This document shows positions 7,928 through 15,775 of a DNA stretch of 64,000 bases, piece after piece; the stretch's first letter is position 1; each line of letters begins with the position of its first letter. The stretch comes from Nanobdellota archaeon (GTDB taxonomy: Archaea > Nanobdellota > Nanobdellia > Pacearchaeales > GW2011-AR1): contig JADFRY010000003.1 of NCBI GenBank assembly GCA_022561055.1, positions 35,357-99,356 on the forward strand. The letters run 5' to 3'. The position numbers were made by a program, and so were the translations under genes. Under the pieces are notes generated by a model. It saw nothing but the letters and a program-made list of their open reading frames with translations, had not been told where the DNA came from and did not search any database.

Positions 7928-8602
7928 ATGGTAAGAAAAAGCGTTCAAAAAAAAGTTAAGAAAAGACTTTTTAGAAAAACAAAGGGCGAAAGAAAGATAG
8001 AAAAAGAATTGTTATGGATTGTTGGTTTTATAGCTTTTTTAGTTATAATTTTTTTGGTAGCAAGTTCTATATTTAAAGGTTTTAATCAAATTGAATATGA
8101 AGGTCTAATCTTTACCAAAGAAAGACTTGGAGAAATTCCTGTTTATCATTATTCTTATTATTTTGAAAATAAAGGAGTAATAATAAAATATAATTTATAT
8201 TTAAGGAATGATCCAAGGACTCTTGATGTGCCAGTTGAGGGGAAAGACATTATCTTTGATAGAGGCAAAAGGGTTTATATTTCTGTGAATGCCAGTGGTT
8301 TACAACAGTGTCCTTATAGTGTTCTTGCTGTAGCAGATCTTGCTAGTTTCCTTAGTGATAATCAATTTAATGTAAAGGGTGGAGACCCTGGCTTTTTTGA
8401 AGCTGGGGCTAAGAGACAAGAATGGGTAACTTGTGAAAACAAGCCCGGAAATGTAGTAATTCTGATAGTCGAAGGAAAAGAAACCAAAATTACTATAAAT
8501 AATAATTGTTATGAAATAACTGTAGCTAATTGTGAAATCTTAGAAGCGACCGAGAAATTTAGGGTGCAAAGCATTATTGATGCTAAAAAGTTTGAAGAAT
8601 AA
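7928..8602 (+). CDS. N-terminally membrane-anchored extracellular protein, paralog-like of 6183-6737
   Basis: Lys-rich N-terminus plus TM (LLWIVGFIAFLVIIFLVASSIF). C-terminal WVTCENKPGNVVILIVEGKETKITINNNCYEI resembles EKTCEENLIVWQEGEENKVYQEENCIFI. Confidence 0.5.
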   Translation: MVRKSVQKKVKKRLFRKTKGERKIEKELLWIVGFIAFLVIIFLVASSIFKGFNQIEYEGLIFTKERLGEIPVYHYSYYFENKGVIIKYNLYLRNDPRTLDVPVEGKDIIFDRGKRVYISVNASGLQQCPYSVLAVADLASFLSDNQFNVKGGDPGFFEAGAKRQEWVTCENKPGNVVILIVEGKETKITINNNCYEITVANCEILEATEKFRVQSIIDAKKFEE

Positions 8603-8620
8603 AAGAGTAAGTTAGATAAG

Positions 8621-9262
8621 TTATTGTTTTGTCAGTTTATGCCGAGATTTAATATTTATTATTATGTAAAGAACAATAATTATTAATGCTATAAGTAAAA
8701 CAATTAAAGTAAGGAAACTCAGATTTTGTTTTATGAGTTCTAAATTATTCCCGAATATAAACCCGAGGTAAATTAAAATTCCTGCCCAGATTCCTGCTCC
8801 AAGAGATGTGAAGAAAATAAATTTTGGCACATTCATCCTTGAAAATCCTGCAGGAAGAGAAATTAACTGTCTGATTACAGGAATTAATCTTCCTACGAAA
8901 GTTGTTATTTCTCCATGTTTCGCAAAATATTTTTCAGATTTTAATATGCTTTTTTCAGTTAAGAAAAATATTTTTCCATATTTGAAAATTAATTTATTTA
9001 CTGCTCTTCTGCCTAAATGTAATGCGAGGAAGTAGTTTATTAATGCGCCTGCTAAACTTCCGAGCAAAGCTGATAAAAATACCAAACTGGCTATCATCTC
9101 TCCTCTCGAGACTAAGACTCCTGCTGGAATAAGAACAACCTCGCTGGGAAACGGTATAAATGAACTCTCAATTGCCATTAAAACAAAAATTCCGACGTAA
9201 TCTAAGGATCCAACTGTCTGAACCAAAAATTCTACAAAGTTTGTGAACAATTCTTTTAGCAT
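8621..9262 (-). CDS. DedA family (SNARE-associated/VTT domain) membrane protein
   Basis: FIPFPSEVVLIPAG and GRLIPVIRQLISLPAG motifs, multi-TM, 213 aa. Confidence 0.8.
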   Translation of the reverse strand: MLKELFTNFVEFLVQTVGSLDYVGIFVLMAIESSFIPFPSEVVLIPAGVLVSRGEMIASLVFLSALLGSLAGALINYFLALHLGRRAVNKLIFKYGKIFFLTEKSILKSEKYFAKHGEITTFVGRLIPVIRQLISLPAGFSRMNVPKFIFFTSLGAGIWAGILIYLGFIFGNNLELIKQNLSFLTLIVLLIALIIIVLYIIINIKSRHKLTKQ

Positions 9263-9263
9263 A

Positions 9264-9803
9264 TTATTTACTTTTAATACTTCTTATTTTTAAGTCTTTC
9301 ATTATATTTCTTATATCGGTATAAATAGGGATGGTTTTTATTCTGAATATTAAAACATTGCTAAACCAGATTAGTATTACTAAAATCGTGCTTCCGAAGT
9401 ACCATGTCGCTGCATGGGTTAAATCAAAATACTGGTATCCTTTGAACAAGAGAAGAGCGAAAATAATTATTCTCAAAATATTCAGTAATAGAAATGTAAC
9501 AAAGAGGAAAACAAGACTTTTTACTCTTATTTTTATTTTCATTGGCGTTGTTAAGTTTAAGATAAGAAGCAGATAATAGGCTGCACCGGCAACACAGGCA
9601 GGTATGATGCTCGCATAATATCCTTTAAAGAATATTACATTTCCAGGGAATAGAACTGCGTCGTATAAGAAGTTTAAAATCCAAAAAACCGGGTAAGTTG
9701 TTAAAGGAGTAAATATTAAATAAAAAATATAGAGGTTTGGAACTCCTAAAATAATTAAGATAAGATATCTTAAAGAAAGAAAGAAAACCCCTTTTTTATT
9801 CAT
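9264..9803 (-). CDS. Small exosortase/archaeosortase-family transpeptidase (179 aa)
   Basis: Polytopic. Candidate catalytic triad in family order: IIPACVAGAAY (Cys), LLNILRIIIF (Arg), DLTHAATWYFG (His). Confidence 0.6.
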   Translation of the reverse strand: MNKKGVFFLSLRYLILIILGVPNLYIFYLIFTPLTTYPVFWILNFLYDAVLFPGNVIFFKGYYASIIPACVAGAAYYLLLILNLTTPMKIKIRVKSLVFLFVTFLLLNILRIIIFALLLFKGYQYFDLTHAATWYFGSTILVILIWFSNVLIFRIKTIPIYTDIRNIMKDLKIRSIKSK

Positions 9804-10093
9804 TAGAATATTAGAAGGTCCGCGCTTAAAAAGGTAATTATTTCTGTTGACATATGCCTTAAAATATAGATGATTATTAAAGTGAACTATCCTGTGGCAA
9901 ACCCATAAGGTATAAAAAAAACAAAATGAGATTTTATTCTGAAAACTTTATGAATAAGATTTGAAGACTGAATTATCCATAACTAAGCGAGGTTCAATTA
10001 AATATTAGTAATTAATTGGATGATGAGAATAATATTTAATGGTTTTTTAGTATTTGTTATAGAGAAAAGTATTTACATAAAACAAACAAAGGA

Positions 10094-12142
10094 TTATCTT
10101 CTCGAAAGTCTGACAGCCACGAGTATTATTAATACTATAAGGATTATGTTTATTATAGCGATTAACCATATAAGACTATTTCCTTGAAGCCCGCTAAAAC
10201 TGAATCCTTTGTCTTCGCCTTCAATATCTTCAATTTCAACTAGCTGGACTTCAATCTCTCCTGTTATTATATCTCTTACTTCGAGTGTGAAAGATCGTGC
10301 GCCAGAAATGCCTTCTTTTACATTAAATATTAATTTAATTTCTTTGCTTTCGCCTGGACCTAAAGGCAATACTTCTTTTTGCGAGATGGAATCTAAATCA
10401 GCCCACGAGTTATAATCTTTTGCATTGATTGTAAATTTAGATGCTTCTGTTCCTGAGTTTGTGATCAATAAGTTAACAATAAGTTCTTCTCCTGCTTTTG
10501 CAGCCGAACCTAAAGGCAATTCTGAGATTATCACGTTGCCGGTTATTGATGGTGTTCTGCCACAACTAATTACTTCAAGAGAAGCTATCCATGTATCATC
10601 TGATTCATCAAAATAATCTCCTCTCTTATAATCATATTCTGTTCTGAATTCTAGAGTATATTGTTTTTCCTCTATTCCATCTGGAACAATGAAACTAAAT
10701 TCTACAGAAGCCTTATCTCCTTCGTCAAGGTCTTTCCTGATTATAAATTCTTCATTAACTTTTAAGTCTTTATCTTCCATAGTTACTCTAGTCTGGTCTT
10801 CTTCCCCCTCGCCTCCAACATTAAATACGTCAAGAGTAACAAAAACTGTTTCTCCACAAATAACTTCTTTAGGATTTATTACTATGCTGTCTTCGTCTAC
10901 AGCTATGATGTTGTCTTCATCCTCGACAACCTCAATCCTATCGAAGAACCTATCACTCAAATCATTTGACGTGTCAACACATAGATTTTCCTCTCCTAAA
11001 TCATCACTGTAAGCCTTTACCGCAAATTTATAATTGCCTAAATCATCAAAATCAGCAGGAACTTTAAATATGAATCTTGCGGTTTCTGTATCTTTATCCC
11101 TTATTTTTCCTATGTCAAATTCTTCTTCGTCCTTATTCTCAAAGTCTAAGTCTCTTATGACATTTATTCCACTAGAATCAAATAAAGCGAGCTCTACAAA
11201 TACATCATCTATATTTTCATCATCTATATTTTTAACATCGACTTCAATTTCTATAGTGTCTAAAAGTTGCCATTCATCATCTTTTCCTTTGCCTTTATTA
11301 TTTATATCGATGTCTCTTATAGTAAGATTTTCCTCACCTATCTGGCCGTTACTGCAGAAGGTTTTTTGAACAGTAATGGTAGCTGTATCTGTTGCTTCTG
11401 GATTACTTGAATCTTTAGCTTGAACTATTATATTATTATTTCCGAACTTAAGATTAGTAAGAGAATCTAAAATTACTGTGACATCAATCCCTGACGCTCC
11501 TAAGATTAAACCGAAATTGGATGAAGAGAAACTAGCTCCAAAATTTGTTGTCTCTGAAAGAACTATATTAAGTAAATTAATATTCCCATCATTGTTAATA
11601 ATTATTATTGCATCTTCACCAATATCTCTCGTTTGAGTTTTGGGGGTGATTGAGAGGGAAGGTGAACTGTCTACTGTTATTTCTAGATCTATATCTGGTA
11701 TTTGAGGGCTTCCACCAGTAGGATCATAAATAGCTGAAAATGAAATGCTTCCAGAATAAGTATTGGGTGCTGTTGTGAACTTATTGGTTTTATAGGTTAA
11801 GGTAATTAAATCTGAAGATGTTCCAGGAAGGATTTCTATACTCCCTAAATCTACAACGTTACTGGGAGAAATTGTTAAAGTAGAAGAACCTATTTTTGCA
11901 GCTGTCCAACTTCCAATACCTAAATCCAGTTCTACTAAATTTATTGAAATATCCTTAACTTTATTTGTTAGATGGTCATTTTTCAGGTTGAAAGTTACAT
12001 CAAAAGAATCTCCATGATTAATAGTAAGCTCATTACCTTGAACGTTGTCTGGGAAAACTATCTGAGCATCCACAACTCCGGCTGATAAAATCATGAATGC
12101 AAAAATTCCGAGAAATGTTAATAAATTCTTGGTAATGTTCAT
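10094..12142 (-). CDS. Large surface protein with CARDB/Ig-like repeats and C-terminal TM plus basic tail (candidate archaeosortase substrate)
   Basis: Signal peptide ...FAFMILSAGVVDAQ. Repeated beta-rich modules (VTLDVFNVGGEGE, LLITNSGTEASKFTI). C-terminus GFSFSGLQGNSLIWLIAIINIILIVLIILVAVRLSRR. Confidence 0.6.
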   Translation of the reverse strand: MNITKNLLTFLGIFAFMILSAGVVDAQIVFPDNVQGNELTINHGDSFDVTFNLKNDHLTNKVKDISINLVELDLGIGSWTAAKIGSSTLTISPSNVVDLGSIEILPGTSSDLITLTYKTNKFTTAPNTYSGSISFSAIYDPTGGSPQIPDIDLEITVDSSPSLSITPKTQTRDIGEDAIIIINNDGNINLLNIVLSETTNFGASFSSSNFGLILGASGIDVTVILDSLTNLKFGNNNIIVQAKDSSNPEATDTATITVQKTFCSNGQIGEENLTIRDIDINNKGKGKDDEWQLLDTIEIEVDVKNIDDENIDDVFVELALFDSSGINVIRDLDFENKDEEEFDIGKIRDKDTETARFIFKVPADFDDLGNYKFAVKAYSDDLGEENLCVDTSNDLSDRFFDRIEVVEDEDNIIAVDEDSIVINPKEVICGETVFVTLDVFNVGGEGEEDQTRVTMEDKDLKVNEEFIIRKDLDEGDKASVEFSFIVPDGIEEKQYTLEFRTEYDYKRGDYFDESDDTWIASLEVISCGRTPSITGNVIISELPLGSAAKAGEELIVNLLITNSGTEASKFTINAKDYNSWADLDSISQKEVLPLGPGESKEIKLIFNVKEGISGARSFTLEVRDIITGEIEVQLVEIEDIEGEDKGFSFSGLQGNSLIWLIAIINIILIVLIILVAVRLSRR

Positions 12143-12321
12143 TTTTCTGTTGTAACTTTGTGATTACACTGGTTTATAAATCTTTCGATTAATTTATCTT
12201 GAATTTTAGTAGTAAAAAATTTGATAAAATTCGAGGATCAAAAAGTCTTTGACATAACAGACATAAAGTTTATATAAATTGAATTGCATTATTTTAGATA
12301 AGAAAGAGGTAAAGGTTTGTA

Positions 12322-12696
12322 ATGGTAATTCGTGCGCGTGAAAATTTATTTGGGGCATGGGCTTTTCTAATAGGAGTAGTTTTAGCTCTTGCTGTTGGTA
12401 TTTTAAGTGCAAGTCTTGGACAGCTTAATCCTCTTATCCTTGCCGTACTAGTCATTCTCGGCTTGGTTGTTGGTTTTGTCAATGTATCTGCAAAAGACGT
12501 TAATACTTTTTTAATGGCAGCCGTCTCTTTGGTAATAGTTAGTTTTATGGGTGCTGAAGGAATTGCAGGAATTGAATTCCTCAAAATTGGAATAGGTAAT
12601 ATTGTTTCTTCGACTTTGGGCGCCTTGTTGGTAATGCTGGTTCCTGCGACAATTGTTGTTGCAATAAAGAGTTTGTTCTCAATTGCTCAGAAGTAA
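12322..12696 (+). CDS. Small polytopic membrane protein, unknown function
   Basis: 124 aa, 3-4 predicted hydrophobic helices. SD-like GAGGTAAAGG upstream. Confidence 0.5.
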   Translation: MVIRARENLFGAWAFLIGVVLALAVGILSASLGQLNPLILAVLVILGLVVGFVNVSAKDVNTFLMAAVSLVIVSFMGAEGIAGIEFLKIGIGNIVSSTLGALLVMLVPATIVVAIKSLFSIAQK

Positions 12697-12726
12697 TTGT
12701 ATTATATATAATAGGACATAGGTAAA

Positions 12727-12972
12727 TTAAAAGGTTTTTATGAATCCCTCTATAGAATAACCCATAGCCCTTACAAACATTACTGGATGATTAAGGGTTT
12801 CTATCATTGCTCCTATGTACATACTAGGACTAGTCAAAATCTGAGAATCTTCATCATTATGTAAATATTCCAATGCTCCTTCCAACGTAAGATCTCTTTT
12901 GGAATAATAATCTATGGTTCTCCGCATGGAGTCATACCATACTTCTCTGCCTCTTTGAATTTGAGATAGCAT
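12727..12972 (-). CDS. Hypothetical 81-aa protein downstream of sepF
   Basis: Same strand as sepF, 16 nt downstream. No recognisable motif. Confidence 0.4.
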   Translation of the reverse strand: MLSQIQRGREVWYDSMRRTIDYYSKRDLTLEGALEYLHNDEDSQILTSPSMYIGAMIETLNHPVMFVRAMGYSIEGFIKTF

Positions 12973-12988
12973 TTAAAGCTAATAGAAA

Positions 12989-13369
12989 TTAGTAAAAACT
13001 TACAGGGTCTTTCTTTATCGGTTTTTGAGGAGCTTTATAAACTTCTGCAAATTCTGGGGTCACGAGAATCGTGTTTTCACCAAATCCTGCGATAGAGCCT
13101 TCGAGGGCGTCTACTGTTTTTTTAATTTTAGAAATTGACCTTTTTAATTCTATTACATCTTTTGCTTTCAAAGGCTTAATGTCAATCACTGCTATCGTAT
13201 AGCCCTCGCGCAAAGAATCAAGAATTTCATTCACATCATCATAACTTCTTAATGTAAAGGGTCTTACACGCACCTTGTCTTTTTTCTCTTCACCTTGAGC
13301 AAGGTCAATCTCAACATAATCCTCTTCAGAACTGTCTTTGCCAAACAATCTTTTTAAGTTGAAAGCCAT
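12989..13369 (-). CDS. sepF: Cell division protein SepF (FtsZ membrane anchor)
   Basis: Short amphipathic N-terminus MAFNLKRLFGK. DUF552-like core: RVRPFTLRSYDDVNEILDSLREGYTIAVIDIKPL...ALEGSIAGFGENTILVTP. Confidence 0.8.
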   Translation of the reverse strand: MAFNLKRLFGKDSSEEDYVEIDLAQGEEKKDKVRVRPFTLRSYDDVNEILDSLREGYTIAVIDIKPLKAKDVIELKRSISKIKKTVDALEGSIAGFGENTILVTPEFAEVYKAPQKPIKKDPVSFY

Positions 13370-13455
13370 AGATTATTTTAAATGAAACAGTATATAAATA
13401 TTATCGTATTGATTTATAATTATGTTCTAAAGTTACTCGGTAAACTTAGGAGTAG

Positions 13456-13806
13456 TTAAGATTTGCTTTTCTCTTTTGCGTTTAGCGCCTTTTTTGTTTC
13501 TTCTTTTAGTTCTTCTGCTTTAGATTCAATAAGTTTTTCTTGTTTTTCAATAGCGTTTACTCTTAATTCAAGAATTTTTTTCTTTTCTTCTAATTCCTTG
13601 AGAATAGTTTGTTTGTCTGCCTTTAGCATCACTGTCCCTATGACTTTGTATACTTCGTCATTTGTTTTTTTAATTTCTTCTAGGGCATTTATTGTTTCAT
13701 TTAATTCTAATTGTAAAGCCTGTTTTTGCATCATTAAGCCTTGTAAATTTTGTTCTAGAATCTGAAGCTCTTGAATTATTTCTTCAGTTTGTTCATCTAT
13801 GTTCAT
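13456..13806 (-). CDS. pfdB: Prefoldin beta subunit
   Basis: 116 aa coiled coil-hairpin-coiled coil: QELQILEQNLQGLMMQKQALQLELNE...VYKVIGTVMLK...LELRVNAIEKQE. Confidence 0.85.
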   Translation of the reverse strand: MNIDEQTEEIIQELQILEQNLQGLMMQKQALQLELNETINALEEIKKTNDEVYKVIGTVMLKADKQTILKELEEKKKILELRVNAIEKQEKLIESKAEELKEETKKALNAKEKSKS

Positions 13807-13807
13807 A

Positions 13808-13945
13808 TTATATTGCTTTAATTTTTGCTATATGCTTTCTTGGTTTGTAAAATATCTTTGAGTTGCAATGCGGGCATAAAAATCTTTTTTCAAGTACTTT
13901 GTTTGAAATTGCCCTGCCGCATTTGAAACATTTATACTGCGCCAT
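13808..13945 (-). CDS. rpoP: DNA-directed RNA polymerase subunit P (Rpo12), 45 aa, absent from ORF track
   Basis: My translation is MAQYKCFKCGRAISNKVLEKRFLCPHCNSKIFYKPRKHIAKIKAI. It shows the CxxC...CxxC zinc ribbon with the YKxR tail typical of RpoP. The stop is 1 nt before the pfdB start. It sits in the conserved L37ae-rpoP-pfdB neighbourhood. Confidence 0.8.
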   Translation of the reverse strand: MAQYKCFKCGRAISNKVLEKRFLCPHCNSKIFYKPRKHIAKIKAI

Positions 13946-13975
13946 GAATGTTTTGAGGAAGAGGGGTTTTTAAAT

Positions 13976-14707
13976 TTAATCTTTTTTACAATGAAATATA
14001 ATATATTCTGGGACTTTGTAATCATTGTACATTTCTGGAGCATCCTCGATTGGAAAAGGCTCTATAATCCTATAAATATGCATTCCAAAATCGTTTATTA
14101 ATTTAGTATATGTCTCAATTGTCCAATGTTTGTTGAAAAAATCAATGCTTGAAGGATTATCTAATGGCTTGACTTTTGATTTGAAATTTGAGCCATCTTT
14201 AAAATATGAAAACCCTTCTAACAATTCTTGGTGTCCTGTTAGTGTATCTGGAGTCATCTTACATAAAGGATGCAAATCTGTAAATATGAAGTCTCCTCCC
14301 AGTTTGAGAATTCTAGAAACTTCTTCAAAAGTTTTTTCAACTTTTTCTTTGGAGCTAATATTAAGAAATACCATATTCATAATAACTACATCATATTGAT
14401 TGTCTCCTATCATATTAATGTCCGAAGAATCTGCTACAAAAAAATTAAGATTTGGGTCTTCTTTATGGTCTTCCTTTGCCATTTCTATCCAAGTATCAGA
14501 AATATCTGCGCCATCGACTTTCGCGCCTTTTCCTGATAGCATACTAGAGAAATCCCCGGAACCACAACCTAAATCAAGAACTCTTTTGCCATTAATTTCA
14601 CCTAACTCCGATAAAATGGCTGGAAAGACTACATGAGACTGAGAAATTAGGGCTTTCTTATATTTTTTATTATATTCTTTATCTTTAAAATCTGAGACAT
14701 TTTCCAT
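13976..14707 (-). CDS. Class I SAM-dependent methyltransferase
   Basis: Motif I VLDLGCGSGDFS, post-I DGADIS, motif II-like YDVVIMNMVF. Confidence 0.8.
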   Translation of the reverse strand: MENVSDFKDKEYNKKYKKALISQSHVVFPAILSELGEINGKRVLDLGCGSGDFSSMLSGKGAKVDGADISDTWIEMAKEDHKEDPNLNFFVADSSDINMIGDNQYDVVIMNMVFLNISSKEKVEKTFEEVSRILKLGGDFIFTDLHPLCKMTPDTLTGHQELLEGFSYFKDGSNFKSKVKPLDNPSSIDFFNKHWTIETYTKLINDFGMHIYRIIEPFPIEDAPEMYNDYKVPEYIIFHCKKD

Positions 14708-14708
14708 T

Positions 14709-14936
14709 TTAAACCTGCCTTTCTAGCACATAAGCCGGGCCTGCGAATTTTTTATTGCATTTTCGGCAATGCCAAATTCCTGCTGCTTTTCTTTTTACGC
14801 CGGCCTTTGAACAGTAAGGGCAAATCTGTTTTTTTCTTTGCAGAAATTCTATCTTATTAAGTTTTTTTCTAACTCGCATTCCGTAACCACTGCCGAATCT
14901 TCCTGATGCCTTAATCTTTTTCTTTTTTGCTGCCAT
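14709..14936 (-). CDS. rpl37ae: Ribosomal protein L37Ae (eL43)
   Basis: GRFGSGYGMRVRKK plus zinc ribbon CPYC...CRKC. Confidence 0.9.
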   Translation of the reverse strand: MAAKKKKIKASGRFGSGYGMRVRKKLNKIEFLQRKKQICPYCSKAGVKRKAAGIWHCRKCNKKFAGPAYVLERQV

Positions 14937-14985
14937 TTGAGTTCAAAGAACTAAAAATGTAGTGTTTTTAAATATGTTGTAGGAA

Positions 14986-15059
14986 TGGGGTCGCTGGGAT
15001 TTGAACCCAGGTTGACAGGTCCCAAACCTGTAGTCTTAACCAAGCTGGACTACGACCCC
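14986..15059 (-). tRNA. tRNA-Pro (anticodon UGG)
   Basis: Reverse complement is GGGGTCG-TA-GTCC..GACT-ACAGG-TTTGGGA-CCTGT-..-CTGGG-TTCAAAT-CCCAG-CGACCCC-A. Full cloverleaf; CCA not encoded. Confidence 0.9.
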
Positions 15060-15090
15060 TTACTAAAAATAAAAGAAGTGGTATTTAAGC

Positions 15091-15774
15091 TTACTTATTT
15101 GTTTTTTCTTGAGGCTGTTCTTTTTCTTCAGTTTCTTCTTCCTTTGCTTCTTCTGGCTTTTGTTCTGTTTCCTCAAGTTTCTCAGCCTCTTCCGCAGCCT
15201 TGGCTTCTTCTAATTCTTTCGCAGCAGCTTCTTGTTTAGCCTCTATTTCTGAAAATGTTTTTTCCAGTCTTGTTTTCTTTTCTTGGGAAACTTCTGTTCT
15301 TTCTTCTTTAATTTCTGCATCATACATTCCAGATTCAACATCAACTATTATTTCTTTTGCCTCTTTGTCCTCGATTAAAACCCCTAATGAAACGCATGAA
15401 CCGATAACCAATTTAACTGCTTTTTTTAAGTCTCTAGCTAACATGTCTGGCATTTTTGTTTTTGCAATTGTAATTATTTGCTCTATTGCTAAGTTTCCAA
15501 TTTTTGTAGTACCAGGAAGACCCGAGCCTTTTTCAACTTTTAATTCTGTTTTTATTAATTCTGAAACAGGTGGAGAGAAAACAGTTATTGTAAATTCTTT
15601 TGTTTTTGTATTGATTTCTATTTCAACAGGAACTTTCATTCCTTTAAAACCAGAAGTTGTCTTGTTAACTTCTTCTATCACTTTTCCGAGATTAATTCCC
15701 ATAGGACCAAGTTGTTGCGAAACTGTTGGTCCTGGTTTCATATTACCGCCATCAACAATTAATTTAACTATCAT
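15091..15774 (-). CDS. rpl11: Ribosomal protein L11 (uL11) with a C-terminal Glu/Lys-rich extension of about 65 aa
   Basis: GGNMKPGPTVSQQLGPMGINLGKV core. The tail ...EAKQEAAAKELEEAKAAEEAEKLEETEQKPEEAKEEETEEKEQPQEKTNK lies beyond the normal length of about 160 aa. Confidence 0.9.
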   Translation of the reverse strand: MIVKLIVDGGNMKPGPTVSQQLGPMGINLGKVIEEVNKTTSGFKGMKVPVEIEINTKTKEFTITVFSPPVSELIKTELKVEKGSGLPGTTKIGNLAIEQIITIAKTKMPDMLARDLKKAVKLVIGSCVSLGVLIEDKEAKEIIVDVESGMYDAEIKEERTEVSQEKKTRLEKTFSEIEAKQEAAAKELEEAKAAEEAEKLEETEQKPEEAKEEETEEKEQPQEKTNK

Positions 15775-15775
15775 T

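Noticed and set aside
10015-10110. C-box-like ATGATGA at 10020-10026, suggesting a C/D box sRNA
   Set aside because: No D box (CTGA) at the appropriate 50-70 nt spacing and no terminal stem. The only CTGA downstream lies about 85 nt away inside the coding region.
10209-11369. Four plus-strand ORFs of 63-111 aa
   Set aside because: All are antisense to the 682-aa surface protein gene. The Ser-rich shadow frames have no starts in a sensible context.
13828-14043. 71-aa minus-strand ORF
   Set aside because: It overlaps the rpoP zinc-ribbon ORF (13808-13945) out of frame and the end of the methyltransferase. It has no motif, and rpoP fits the conserved context.
14985-15239. 84-aa plus-strand ORF
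   Set aside because: It covers tRNA-Pro in antisense and runs into the rpl11 tail in antisense.
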